The notes under the pieces are model-generated. The model was not told the origin of the DNA. It saw only the letters and a list, made by a program, of their open reading frames with translations, and did no database searches. The translations under genes and the position numbers were made by a program. 64,000 nt of DNA, taken from IMG/VR virus record IMGVR_UViG_3300045988_180454, positions 1 to 64,000 of that record; one strand, 5' to 3'. This document shows positions 1 through 7,510 of the stretch, in pieces (the first letter of the stretch is position 1; each line of letters begins with the position of its first letter). This stretch comes from a virus.

Positions 1-62
1 TTTCGCCAGACAATTCTTGCATTTTATAAGAATCTCCTTAGAGAAGTAGTGAGTGGTGCCGA

Positions 63-494
63 TTATTGATTATCAATAAGATCAGCAGCCATAAGGCAAG
101 ACAATTGATAGGTAGCAGAGTCGATATAAGCTTGGGCAATCTCTGTGATAGACTCTGCTTCATCTCCCCAGTCGATTAGTTCTAGCTGGGAAAATACCTC
201 CCAATGTTCACCAATGAAAACTATCATTTGTGACGCACTGATTGACCGAATCTGTAGCAGATAATCTACACCTTCATGCATGGCTTGCTGCAAATCTTCT
301 TCCGTGATAGTTTCGTCTTTGAAACAAGATTCGGTGAGGATACCCTTAGCTTCAGATTCGCTGATACCCAGGCCCCAAAGCATGTGAAGTGTTTCTGTGC
401 AAAAGTATTGACCCCACTCCCATTTTGACGTGCTGGTGATTTTGGTCACAAGTGCCTCAAAATCGGTTTTGGTGATAGAAAATTCAGGTAGCAT
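63..494 (-). CDS. hypothetical protein (143 aa)
   Basis: ORF 63..656 trimmed to the internal ATG at 494. That ATG has GGGAGA about 6 nt upstream and avoids a 76-nt overlap with the upstream gene. No motif recognised. Confidence 0.6.
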   Translation of the reverse strand: MLPEFSITKTDFEALVTKITSTSKWEWGQYFCTETLHMLWGLGISESEAKGILTESCFKDETITEEDLQQAMHEGVDYLLQIRSISASQMIVFIGEHWEVFSQLELIDWGDEAESITEIAQAYIDSATYQLSCLMAADLIDNQ

Positions 495-580
495 GTGAGT
501 CTCCCTATAGATCGTGAGTGATGGTAGCGACCAACCGCGGGGCCGGTCACTCAACCACCCCCGATTTGGGGGTGTGGGGA

Positions 581-889
581 TTATTCCCCTTGGACTAGGC
601 GATGAACAAATTTTGCCTGGTGAACAATCACCATTGAGATAATTTTGTCTCGACAATTATTCCATGCATGCAGTGCATGCAGCTGAAACGCTAGACTTGA
701 CTCAATGGTTTTGCCTTCCAAACGTTCCAGATCTTTCTTAGGATAGCCTAAATCCTCTAGTAGCATAAGTGCTAGATCACTGTCGCTATGGCGATACTCA
801 AAATCGTACAGCACACTTGCAGCTTCAAGAAACGTGTCTAGTTCTTTAGGCCAAACTAGTTTTTTGGGTTCAGGTTGGTTGATTTGCAT
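581..889 (-). CDS. hypothetical protein (102 aa)
   Basis: ATG at 889 is preceded by CAGAAAGGAAG, an extended SD. It is the first gene leftward of the divergent intergenic block. Confidence 0.65.
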   Translation of the reverse strand: MQINQPEPKKLVWPKELDTFLEAASVLYDFEYRHSDSDLALMLLEDLGYPKKDLERLEGKTIESSLAFQLHALHAWNNCRDKIISMVIVHQAKFVHRLVQGE

Positions 890-1184
890 GATGAAACTTC
901 CTTTCTGTGTATGTGATATAGATCATGCGTTTATGTGAGGTCTGTCACCCGTAGCAGTTCCACTATTGAGTTTTCAAATAGCACATCTTCTAAGTCTCTT
1001 GCGGTAGCACATATACTATGTCGGCTTTCGCACTCTAACCGCGGGGGGATCAGAGAAGTTTTTTTTGTTTGTATCAGCTGGTGAGGATTTTTTGTTTTCT
1101 CTCTTGCTGATGACTCCACTGTAGCGCGCGCTAGCGGGGGAATGCAAGTTCAAATCTATGTGTTCTGTATCACACATCATTTCC

Positions 1185-1460
1185 CCTGGTCAGAGTAGGT
1201 TTTTGTTACTGCAAGTCCGCTACTAGGTTGCACGCAACCGCCGATTTTTGTGTCGTTTTTTGTGTTTTTGAGGTTTTTGTACATCTACAGTGACGAAAAT
1301 CGACGCAAAACAGCAGGTCAAAGCACATTTTTGAAAACCCTTGACACACATACATAACACAAAAACTTGGCAAACATGCAGGTCAGAGTAGGTTTTTAAA
1401 CGTTTTTATGTGTTTATGTGACGTAAATAGACATAAAACACCAGGTCAGGGGCTATTTTT
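1185..1460 (+). promoter_or_regulatory. four plus-oriented copies of the ~20-nt motif SCAGGTCAGAGTAGGTTTTT
   Basis: Copies read directly: 1185-1204 CCTGGTCAGAGTAGGTTTTT, 1313-1332 GCAGGTCAAAGCACATTTTT, 1378-1397 GCAGGTCAGAGTAGGTTTTT, 1441-1460 CCAGGTCAGGGGCTATTTTT. A weaker variant lies near 1062 (GATCAGAGAAGTTTTTTTT). TAGGTT fits the actinobacterial -10 pattern TANNNT. Confidence 0.55.
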
Positions 1461-1479
1461 GTGTGTTTTTATCGCTTTT

Positions 1480-1670
1480 TGGCCGGCTATAGCATCTAGA
1501 TGCTGATCTAGCCGCTAGCGCATAGCGGCTAGCACCCCCCCCGCTAGCCGGATTCTCTCTATATACAGCCCCTAGCAGCGCGCTAGGGGCGATTGAGCAG
1601 GCGTTTTAGGCTTATCCCTCCCTAGGGCGATTTTCTATGCCCTAGGCACCCGCTAGCCTAGGGGCGTTTC
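1480..1670. repeat. CTAG-core palindrome cluster (GCTAGC, CCTAGG, TCTAGA)
   Basis: About 11 CTAG tetramers in about 190 bp by eye. Includes the perfect 14-bp palindrome AGCATCTAGATGCT (1491-1504), GCCGCTA-N5-TAGCGGC and CCCCTAGC-N5-GCTAGGGG. Confidence 0.75.
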
Positions 1671-1896
1671 ATCACACTGACGATAAACAAAACGCCTTAG
1701 GGTAGCCTTGCCTTTGTTTTGGTCTGCTATTTACTAGGTGCCAAGTTGTTAGTGGGCATAGAGATATTAGGTCATGGAAAAGATTAGGGGGCACAAAAGG
1801 TTTTGAAGTATGAAAAGTTTGGGGTATCTCATTTTTTACCACTTGACAATTAGGTGGGTAAAATATCTTAGGCTGCATGTGTGAAGCCAAGGGGAA

Positions 1897-1922
1897 CCTA
1901 ACTAAGCCTTGCCTTAGTTAGG
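1897..1922. repeat. 10-bp inverted repeat CCTAACTAAG-N6-CTTAGTTAGG
   Basis: Arms at 1897-1906 and 1913-1922 are exact reverse complements. It is embedded in CCTTAG/AACCT word-rich DNA, and a second palindrome TAACCTT-G-AAGGTTA lies near 2041-2056. Confidence 0.7.
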
Positions 1923-2059
1923 ATAGCCTTAGTAAGGGCAAGCTTACTTGAGGGTCAACCTCAACCTTCAACCTCACCCTTAATGTTTGGGGGCAAAACC
2001 TTAAAGTTCGGGTTGAAACTGCACATATGCTACATTCAACGTAACCTTGAAGGTTAGGG

Positions 2060-2320
2060 CTGCAAGTTTGCTACTGAGACCTGTTTTCATGTAGCAAGTG
2101 TGCAGCAGATAGCACCTTTGCAGCACATCGGTATCGCCATGAGGTGCAAAGGTGGTCCGCCTGGTCGTGGTCCGGGTCCGTCCGCTCACCCCAACCGCTC
2201 CGCCGGTGACGCACCTCACTCTCTCGCGGCTGGACGTAGGTGGGCGGGTCCGGTACCCTGGAGGGTATGCAGGAAGGACTAAAGTGCAAGCTTCCCTACT
2301 TCGATGCGGTAGGACAACAG
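2060..2320 (+). other. hairpin-rich, locally GC-rich leader upstream of the first rightward gene (possible structured RNA)
   Basis: Inverted repeats: TTGCTAC/GTAGCAA (about 2066/2091) and CACCTTTGCA/TGCAAAGGTG (2113-2122/2145-2154). GTCCGTCCGC (2177-2186) pairs with GCGGCTGGAC (2227-2236) around a C-rich loop. Positions 2151-2270 are about 72% GC by hand count against roughly mid-40s% flanks. The ORFs overlapping in 3 frames have R/T/P-rich non-protein-like translations. Confidence 0.45.
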
Positions 2321-2578
2321 ATGCCACGCATCCCGATAGGTGCAGGTGAGTTCGCAGAGATAGACGAGTACGTAAGTAGCATCAGAGAGCTGATCGCTTC
2401 AATGATTAACGAGGTGAACTTTGTCCTCGTATCCGAACATCTCGACGGCTCACACTTCTTCGAGAAGGTGGCTATTGGCGATGAGTTCTTGACTAGGCAC
2501 GGGATTTACTCAACCTGTTCTTTCTGGTACCGTGAGCGTCACTCCAATCAAGGTAAGCGAGAACTCTTGGAGTCTTAA
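2321..2578 (+). CDS. hypothetical protein (start uncertain)
   Basis: ORF 2240..2578 trimmed to ATG 2321, which has AGGA 6 nt upstream. The upstream part of the ORF lies in the GC-rich hairpin island. Confidence 0.5.
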   Translation: MPRIPIGAGEFAEIDEYVSSIRELIASMINEVNFVLVSEHLDGSHFFEKVAIGDEFLTRHGIYSTCSFWYRERHSNQGKRELLES

Positions 2579-2780
2579 CTGGGAGTACAATAAAGACAAC
2601 CGCGTACCGTACAACTTCTGTTACCACCTTGGTGTTATCCATGACCTGAAGCGTGACAGCTTGGAAGAATGGAAAGAGCTTGGGGACTTCATCGAGGAGA
2701 ACAACCTGTTTCCCCTGATGGTGAGCTGCACTTTTCACAAGCGGTTGCCGCTCGACCAGGTGCGAAATGTCCGCCCATAA
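2532..2780 (+). CDS. hypothetical protein (82 aa)
   Basis: GTG start with no SD, overlapping the previous ORF by 47 nt. The translation is protein-like (WEYNKDNRVPYNF...). It may be coupled to, or a frame-shifted continuation of, 2321..2578. Confidence 0.5.
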   Translation: MSVTPIKVSENSWSLNWEYNKDNRVPYNFCYHLGVIHDLKRDSLEEWKELGDFIEENNLFPLMVSCTFHKRLPLDQVRNVRP

Positions 2781-2827
2781 GTGCGCCCATCTGCATATAT
2801 AAAGTGCGCCCATATGTCCGCCCATAC
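2768..2827 (+). repeat. A-B-B-A set of direct repeats around an AT-rich TATATAA core
   Basis: ATGTCCGCCCATA occurs at 2768-2780 and 2815-2827. AGTGCGCCCAT occurs at 2781-2791 and 2804-2814. They flank CTGCATATATAA. Confidence 0.7.
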
Positions 2828-2843
2828 GAATAGAAAGAACATT

Positions 2844-3503
2844 ATGCTTCCCCCAATCTTATACTGTGGTGCAACCGAAAACCTACAAGACGTTTTAGAT
2901 GATGATTGGATCATAGGTATTTTAAGCCATGACTTCGCACTCATCCTAGTTGATGAGATAGAAGTCATTGAAGAAGAACTCAACACCGACACCAAGTATC
3001 GAGAAGAGTTCCTAAAGGCAAAGAACATGCAGCGCATTCAATCTTTCGGTTCCATCTGTAACATTCCCGCTGGTAAGAATGAAACAATTGAAATCGGAGT
3101 GATCCGGTACGGCAAAGGTTCTTGGGGACTTCAAGCCTACTTTATTATCCCAGAAGAAGATATTGTAGATGAGAGCCTAGAGTTTAGTCCGACCGAAGAA
3201 GAATGGGAAGACTTGTTTAAAAGCTTTCCCATTGATGCTAAGTATTCCAAGCCTAAGGTAAAAGAAAAAGTCTTTGAAGCAGTACAAGTCATCAATGCCG
3301 AAGATAAAAAGCGATTTGTTGAGCAATTCAATCGAACACTTCCTCGCTACCTAGTAGATTGGGAGCACCCAAATGTTTTTCATGACGAAAATTACCTGAT
3401 GAGAGTAGCATTCAGGAAGACCAATGATAACCGCTGGAGCATCAGCCCTCGTTTCATTATCGCTTTGGAGCGGGTATTACAAGACATAGAGGAAGAAAAA
3501 TAA
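2844..3503 (+). CDS. hypothetical protein (219 aa)
   Basis: ORF 2781..3503 trimmed to ATG 2844 because the upstream part overlaps the repeat set. Acidic protein with no motif recognised. Confidence 0.6.
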   Translation: MLPPILYCGATENLQDVLDDDWIIGILSHDFALILVDEIEVIEEELNTDTKYREEFLKAKNMQRIQSFGSICNIPAGKNETIEIGVIRYGKGSWGLQAYFIIPEEDIVDESLEFSPTEEEWEDLFKSFPIDAKYSKPKVKEKVFEAVQVINAEDKKRFVEQFNRTLPRYLVDWEHPNVFHDENYLMRVAFRKTNDNRWSISPRFIIALERVLQDIEEEK

Positions 3504-3925
3504 TGAGTGATGAAGTAAATAAACACAACAATGAATCATACCTGGAGCTAAAACAGAACTTGAAGGATCTGAAAAGCCTACTGAAAGATGCTTGGCGCCA
3601 CATCAAGAAAGAAGATCTTTCCGAAGAGTATTCACATCTTATCTTTGAGGTCACACCTGGGTATCTTGGGACCATAGCCAAGATGTTTAACGTTCCCGAG
3701 GAACATAAAGATAAGTTCGTTAATCTCTCCATTGTGGTGCCGAAGAGCCAAGAGATCACTTCTTTAGGATATATTACAGGTCGGTATAGCAAGGAAGAGT
3801 TAGACTTTACCCCGTCCGAATTACACACCGAGCTGCGGAATATCCATGAAGCGGGTGCCTTGAAGCTTATTCGACGGGTAGATTTAGGGACCAACTTTGA
3901 CCCTAAGACAGGTGAGATGAAGTGA
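3503..3925 (+). CDS. hypothetical protein (140 aa)
   Basis: TAATG stop-start overlap with the upstream gene. Coherent ORF. Confidence 0.7.
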   Translation: MSDEVNKHNNESYLELKQNLKDLKSLLKDAWRHIKKEDLSEEYSHLIFEVTPGYLGTIAKMFNVPEEHKDKFVNLSIVVPKSQEITSLGYITGRYSKEELDFTPSELHTELRNIHEAGALKLIRRVDLGTNFDPKTGEMK

Positions 3926-4416
3926 GTCAGCTTAGCTTTAACTATGATGAACTCGTTTTCATGATTGAGAAAGGACACGTTTCTGACTCACAAATAGAAA
4001 AGATCAAGCGCACCATAGGTGAGAATGTTTTTTACATTAAGAAAGTCAAAGACGAATTATCTTTGATAAACACTTGGTCATACGAAAAATTTGTACCTGA
4101 ACACCAAGAGTTTGCTGAACTAAAACTCAGCAAACTAGGGCTTGGTCTAGGGGAATCAGCAGGGGCAATAGGGAGAGCATCAAAGTATATATATCCCATT
4201 CTTCATCTTACGTTACCCGAAAAAGACAGGTGGTGTTTCAGATTTATGATGCCAGATAGTTTAAGGAAGAAATATATTGAAAGGGGATACCAGTTCTCTG
4301 AATTTGTTTTAAATAGGGAAGCTCAAATAAAGTTCAACTTCTGGAGTAATCCTTGGGGCGATGATCCTAGTGGATTGGAGGCATACTATGCATGGAAAAG
4401 GCATAACCACTTTTAA
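3922..4416 (+). CDS. hypothetical protein (164 aa)
   Basis: GTGA stop-start overlap. Coherent ORF. Confidence 0.7.
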   Translation: MSQLSFNYDELVFMIEKGHVSDSQIEKIKRTIGENVFYIKKVKDELSLINTWSYEKFVPEHQEFAELKLSKLGLGLGESAGAIGRASKYIYPILHLTLPEKDRWCFRFMMPDSLRKKYIERGYQFSEFVLNREAQIKFNFWSNPWGDDPSGLEAYYAWKRHNHF

Positions 4417-4816
4417 GACTTCACCTAGGCAGTTCTGCAAGATCGAAAAGATCTTCGTATACGCCAACGCCTACCAGCTTCGCAACAAGGTGCTAGCTCA
4501 GATTGAGCAGGGGAGACCAGTCAAGCTAGGGAAAGGGTTTGATCCAGATCTTGATGGTCGCCTTAGCTGCTCGCTACAGGAAGTGCGTCGCTGGTACGTG
4601 CAGCACGGTGTGCCTGTGGTGTACTTTTTTGTGCAAAACCCCTTTGTGTTCAGGAGTGATTGGGATAATCCCCACAAGGAAATAAACTATTACCAAGAGA
4701 TCTTCCCGTTCAACAGCACCCAAAGCGTGGTGATTGTATATAAAGGACAGTGGTTAGAGCGAGGATCCATCAACGTGATTCGGCTACACACGGAGGGTCC
4801 CTATGCCACAGATTGA
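4388..4816 (+). CDS. hypothetical protein (142 aa)
   Basis: ORF 4361..4816 trimmed to ATG 4388, which has GGAGG 7 nt upstream. Confidence 0.65.
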   Translation: MHGKGITTFKTSPRQFCKIEKIFVYANAYQLRNKVLAQIEQGRPVKLGKGFDPDLDGRLSCSLQEVRRWYVQHGVPVVYFFVQNPFVFRSDWDNPHKEINYYQEIFPFNSTQSVVIVYKGQWLERGSINVIRLHTEGPYATD

Positions 4817-5297
4817 TTTTGAAAAGCTTACGGAAAAGATTGACAAGTTTACCCCTTTATGGTTCGACGAGTTTACCAAAGTGAGCAAGCTTGTTGATGA
4901 AGCGGAGCAAGAGGGGAAGCTGATTGACATCTATGCTAGTGCCAGCACCGTTGAGCTGTTGCAGTATGTCATTGCAGACGAGGAAGGCGAAATCAACGCG
5001 AGACAGGAGACAAACAAGCTGATCTATGCTCTACGCACCTTAGAGCGCCAAGGTTACGTCCTGGACTACACCAGAAGCCGTTCAATTTGGCTTAAACCTC
5101 CAAGGCTTTACCGCAACGATCTTTACACTACTTTCCATTGGAAAGACAGTGGTAACCCTTACTCTTTTGAAGCGTACTTTTCGGTTCCAACAGGGCTAGC
5201 TTTTCCCCTTATCTCTCTAGGGTACGGGTTATTGAAGCCTGGTCAACATAAGATCTTTGACAGTAAAGCTTCAATGCGTTCTGGTTATGAGGAGTAA
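4803..5297 (+). CDS. hypothetical protein (164 aa)
   Basis: ATG preceded by GGAGGG. Coherent ORF. Confidence 0.7.
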   Translation: MPQIDFEKLTEKIDKFTPLWFDEFTKVSKLVDEAEQEGKLIDIYASASTVELLQYVIADEEGEINARQETNKLIYALRTLERQGYVLDYTRSRSIWLKPPRLYRNDLYTTFHWKDSGNPYSFEAYFSVPTGLAFPLISLGYGLLKPGQHKIFDSKASMRSGYEE

Positions 5298-5300
5298 ACT

Positions 5301-5723
5301 ATGCGGTTCTTCTTGCCAAAGACTGACCCTGATGTTTGCAAATATCAACCTGATATCGTTAGGAATGAAGGCCCTGACTTTACGTTCCACAACTTTGACG
5401 CATTCACAAGTGCTGAGCCGGACCTAAACACCAAAGAGCGAGAAGGCAGGGAAATACATATCTACCCTGCCTCACATAACCTAGACCGAATACAAGATTT
5501 CTTTTATTGCGGAGTAGATATCGGTGGAAGCAGTCGTCTACAGTTTTTCTTTGACTACCTGAAGTTTTTAGATAGAGGGAATGCTTTTTATGTTGTTGTT
5601 CACGAAGAGTACCGGAAGCCTCCGTTTTTCTGGAGACGTCCATGGGTAGAAATCAGCTCAGCAGATCATTTCTCTTGCAACTTTAATGCTAATTTTCGCT
5701 ACCGTATTCCATCAAAGCTGTAA
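5301..5723 (+). CDS. hypothetical protein (140 aa)
   Basis: ATG preceded by GAGGAG. Coherent ORF. Confidence 0.7.
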   Translation: MRFFLPKTDPDVCKYQPDIVRNEGPDFTFHNFDAFTSAEPDLNTKEREGREIHIYPASHNLDRIQDFFYCGVDIGGSSRLQFFFDYLKFLDRGNAFYVVVHEEYRKPPFFWRRPWVEISSADHFSCNFNANFRYRIPSKL

Positions 5724-5828
5724 CTAAGCGTATAATATAAAGCAAGCTTCCCATATAGAAATACAGGAAGCCAGATACTGTTTCTCCACATGGAAGATCA
5801 GCTACCACAATTATAACAGAAAGGAAGC

Positions 5829-6718
5829 ATGATGTTAACCCCCGTGACGGGTATTCTTTTGCGGATTTCCAGTATGAAGGGGAAAAGCTTATTGACCAGC
5901 GCAAGCGTTTTCCCATCACATCTCGCAAACTCAACCGTAAAGAGACAGAGAGAATCTGCAATGATTTATTCTCTCGCTACCATAAGTACGGTGTCTCTAA
6001 AGAAGACATCTCGCAGGTGATTTACTATGCCGAACACCCATGCGGAAACTTCTATCATGAAGGACGTATTACTTTTGGTACCGGAGTGAACATTCATGGA
6101 GGAGCGCTTTCTGGAGAAGGAATGCTCTCTAATGTTTCGATGCATCAGGCCACTATTAAGGAAAGACGAAGCTCCGAATCAAGCATCGTTTATTTCATCG
6201 CCAATTCAGATATCGGCTCTACGATGTTCTTTCTTGAACCAGGCTCAGTGATTATAGACTCTCATGTTGGCTGCTCAACTATTATAAATAGGAAAAATGC
6301 TATTCGCTTCGGCACATTAACCTTTGTAACATTAAAAGGTGATAATGAGATTAGCTCAAGCGATATTGAAAACTGTTTAATTGTAGACTCTGACATCCAT
6401 GCGTCCCGGGTTAAAGGTTTTAGTGAATCACTTATCATAGCGAATGCGGCTATTCGTTTTCAGAATGACGTTTTTGAAATCTGTCGATACCATTTAGAAA
6501 CAAAAAGGAAAGAAGGGGGACTTTTGTATCGGACAAAAGGCAAGGGGGTTGCCTTTTTTACCCCGGATTATGGGGTGAAAATTCTTGCAAATAAACATCG
6601 TACTTCAAAGATTACTTACTATATTGAGAAGTTATATGAAGGGAGCGCAAAAAAGCGAAATGAGTTAATTACTGGGGCACAAGACTTTATTGAAAAAGTG
6701 TTTGATGAGTCACAATGA
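5829..6718 (+). CDS. repeat-rich (beta-helix-like) protein whose full length needs a -1 shift at the C5 run 5839-5843; minimal uninterrupted ORF is 6017..6718
   Basis: The frame of 6017..6718 is open back to 5759 and reads protein-like (RDGYSFADFQYEGEKLIDQRKRF...SKEDISQVIYYAEHP). It has no ATG, GTG or TTG before 6017. The only strong start is ATG 5829 behind CAGAAAGGAAG, one frame away. The two frames meet at ACC CCC G. Confidence 0.5.
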
Positions 6719-6719
6719 C

Positions 6720-6748
6720 TTGCGAGGGGACATACACATACATATACT
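6720..6748 (+). promoter_or_regulatory. candidate sigma-A type promoter (TTGCGA-17-TATACT)
   Basis: -35 at 6720-6725 and -10 at 6743-6748. Followed by GGGGG and the short leader ATACAGAAAGGAAG before ATG 6771. Confidence 0.45.
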
Positions 6749-6770
6749 GGGGGATACAGAAAGGAAGTGA

Positions 6771-7112
6771 ATGATGACTGACTGGAAGTTCCCCCAGGCA
6801 GGCTATCATAGAGCACGTAAGCAATATGTTTGTTGTATGTGTGACTGTAATATTGAGCCTGGGGAGAGGTATTGTCGCATTGTTGATATTGACCGCGGGA
6901 AATATGTTGTCGATAGGTATTGTGCCCCATGCAATCTCGCTCTTGAGAACTACATTACAGATCATGAAATTACCGAAGATGATTTTCTCCCTGACGCATC
7001 AGAGCTGCATAGTTACCTAAGTGAAAATCTTGCAGGCAAGGATAAAATTTATCAAGATCTTTTGTCTAAGTGTCTTAATCGGCTCAGCAAGAAGCTGGGA
7101 TGGGATGAATAA
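6771..7112 (+). CDS. Cys-rich (zinc-ribbon-like) small protein
   Basis: Contains CCMCDC...YCRI...RYCAPC. ATG preceded by AAGGAAG. Confidence 0.65.
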   Translation: MMTDWKFPQAGYHRARKQYVCCMCDCNIEPGERYCRIVDIDRGKYVVDRYCAPCNLALENYITDHEITEDDFLPDASELHSYLSENLAGKDKIYQDLLSKCLNRLSKKLGWDE

Positions 7113-7452
7113 TGGCTTTATTATCAGATAAAATTATCCATAAATCCCGTAAAGAAGCGCTTTGCGGTGTCTGTGCCGTGGTAATGCCGAAAGGTACCCA
7201 CAGCGGGTTACAAAATGGATTGACGAAGATGCTTGTTGCTACTGCGTGATGCGGATTTGCCTGTCTTGTGATGGACTGGATTATGTAGATCGAATCAATG
7301 ATGCCTGGTCTTCAGAAGAAGGAGCCCCGCTTGATAGTGGAGGTTTCATTAAGTCTGCTGTTCGCTTTGATTCAGATGCTATGCAAAACTATCTCCTAGA
7401 TACAGTTTCAGAAGAAACAGATGATCGTTACCAAGCCGGCCTACGAAGGTGA
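7112..7452 (+). CDS. paralog of 6771..7112 split over two frames (7112..7250 and 7162..7452)
   Basis: HKSRKEALC (7112 frame) aligns to HRARKQYVC of the upstream protein. CLCRGNAERY...CCYC...CLSC (7162 frame, TTG start, no SD) aligns to CMCDCNIEPGERY...YCAPC. Joining the two frames needs a -1 change near 7150-7170. Confidence 0.4.
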
Positions 7453-7510
7453 CTTACACTCAACACTGGCAACAACTGGTTAGCCAGTTGGGACAAAAAG
7501 GAAGAAGAAA

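Larger units (their letters stand above)
890..2320. repeat. 1.4-kb ORF-free divergent intergenic block built from short word repeats and palindromes
   Basis: No protein-like ORF. Successive sub-blocks are each dominated by a different word: TGTGTTT/ACACAAA at 1200-1480, CTAG-core palindromes at 1480-1670, CCTTAG/AACCT at 1680-2060, and a GC-rich hairpin region at 2060-2320. Confidence 0.8.

Noticed and set aside
1897-1922. The inverted repeat as a DtxR/IdeR iron box.
   Set aside because: It shares only the TTAG/CTAA letter composition. The half-sites and spacing do not match the 19-bp TTAGGTTAGCCTAACCTAA palindrome as I recall it.
2151-2270. Assignment of the GC-rich island to a named RNA family (ZTP/pfl riboswitch because of CCGCCTGG and GGTCGTGG; 6C RNA because of C-rich loops).
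   Set aside because: The element order does not match the ZTP consensus as I recall it. The 6C resemblance is only a single C-rich loop. Neither can be supported without a covariance-model search.
2001-2349. Overlapping ORFs in three frames across the GC-rich island (2001..2327-, 2071..2289-, 2100..2282+, 2152..2349+).
   Set aside because: They are mutually exclusive and have R/T/P/G-rich non-protein-like translations. They lack SD-start contexts, and the region is better explained by hairpins.
5829-6020. The 63-aa ORF as an independent gene.
   Set aside because: Its translation is S/T/L-rich and poor. The overlapping -1 frame is clearly protein-like and continuous with 6017..6718. It is treated as the start context of that gene instead.
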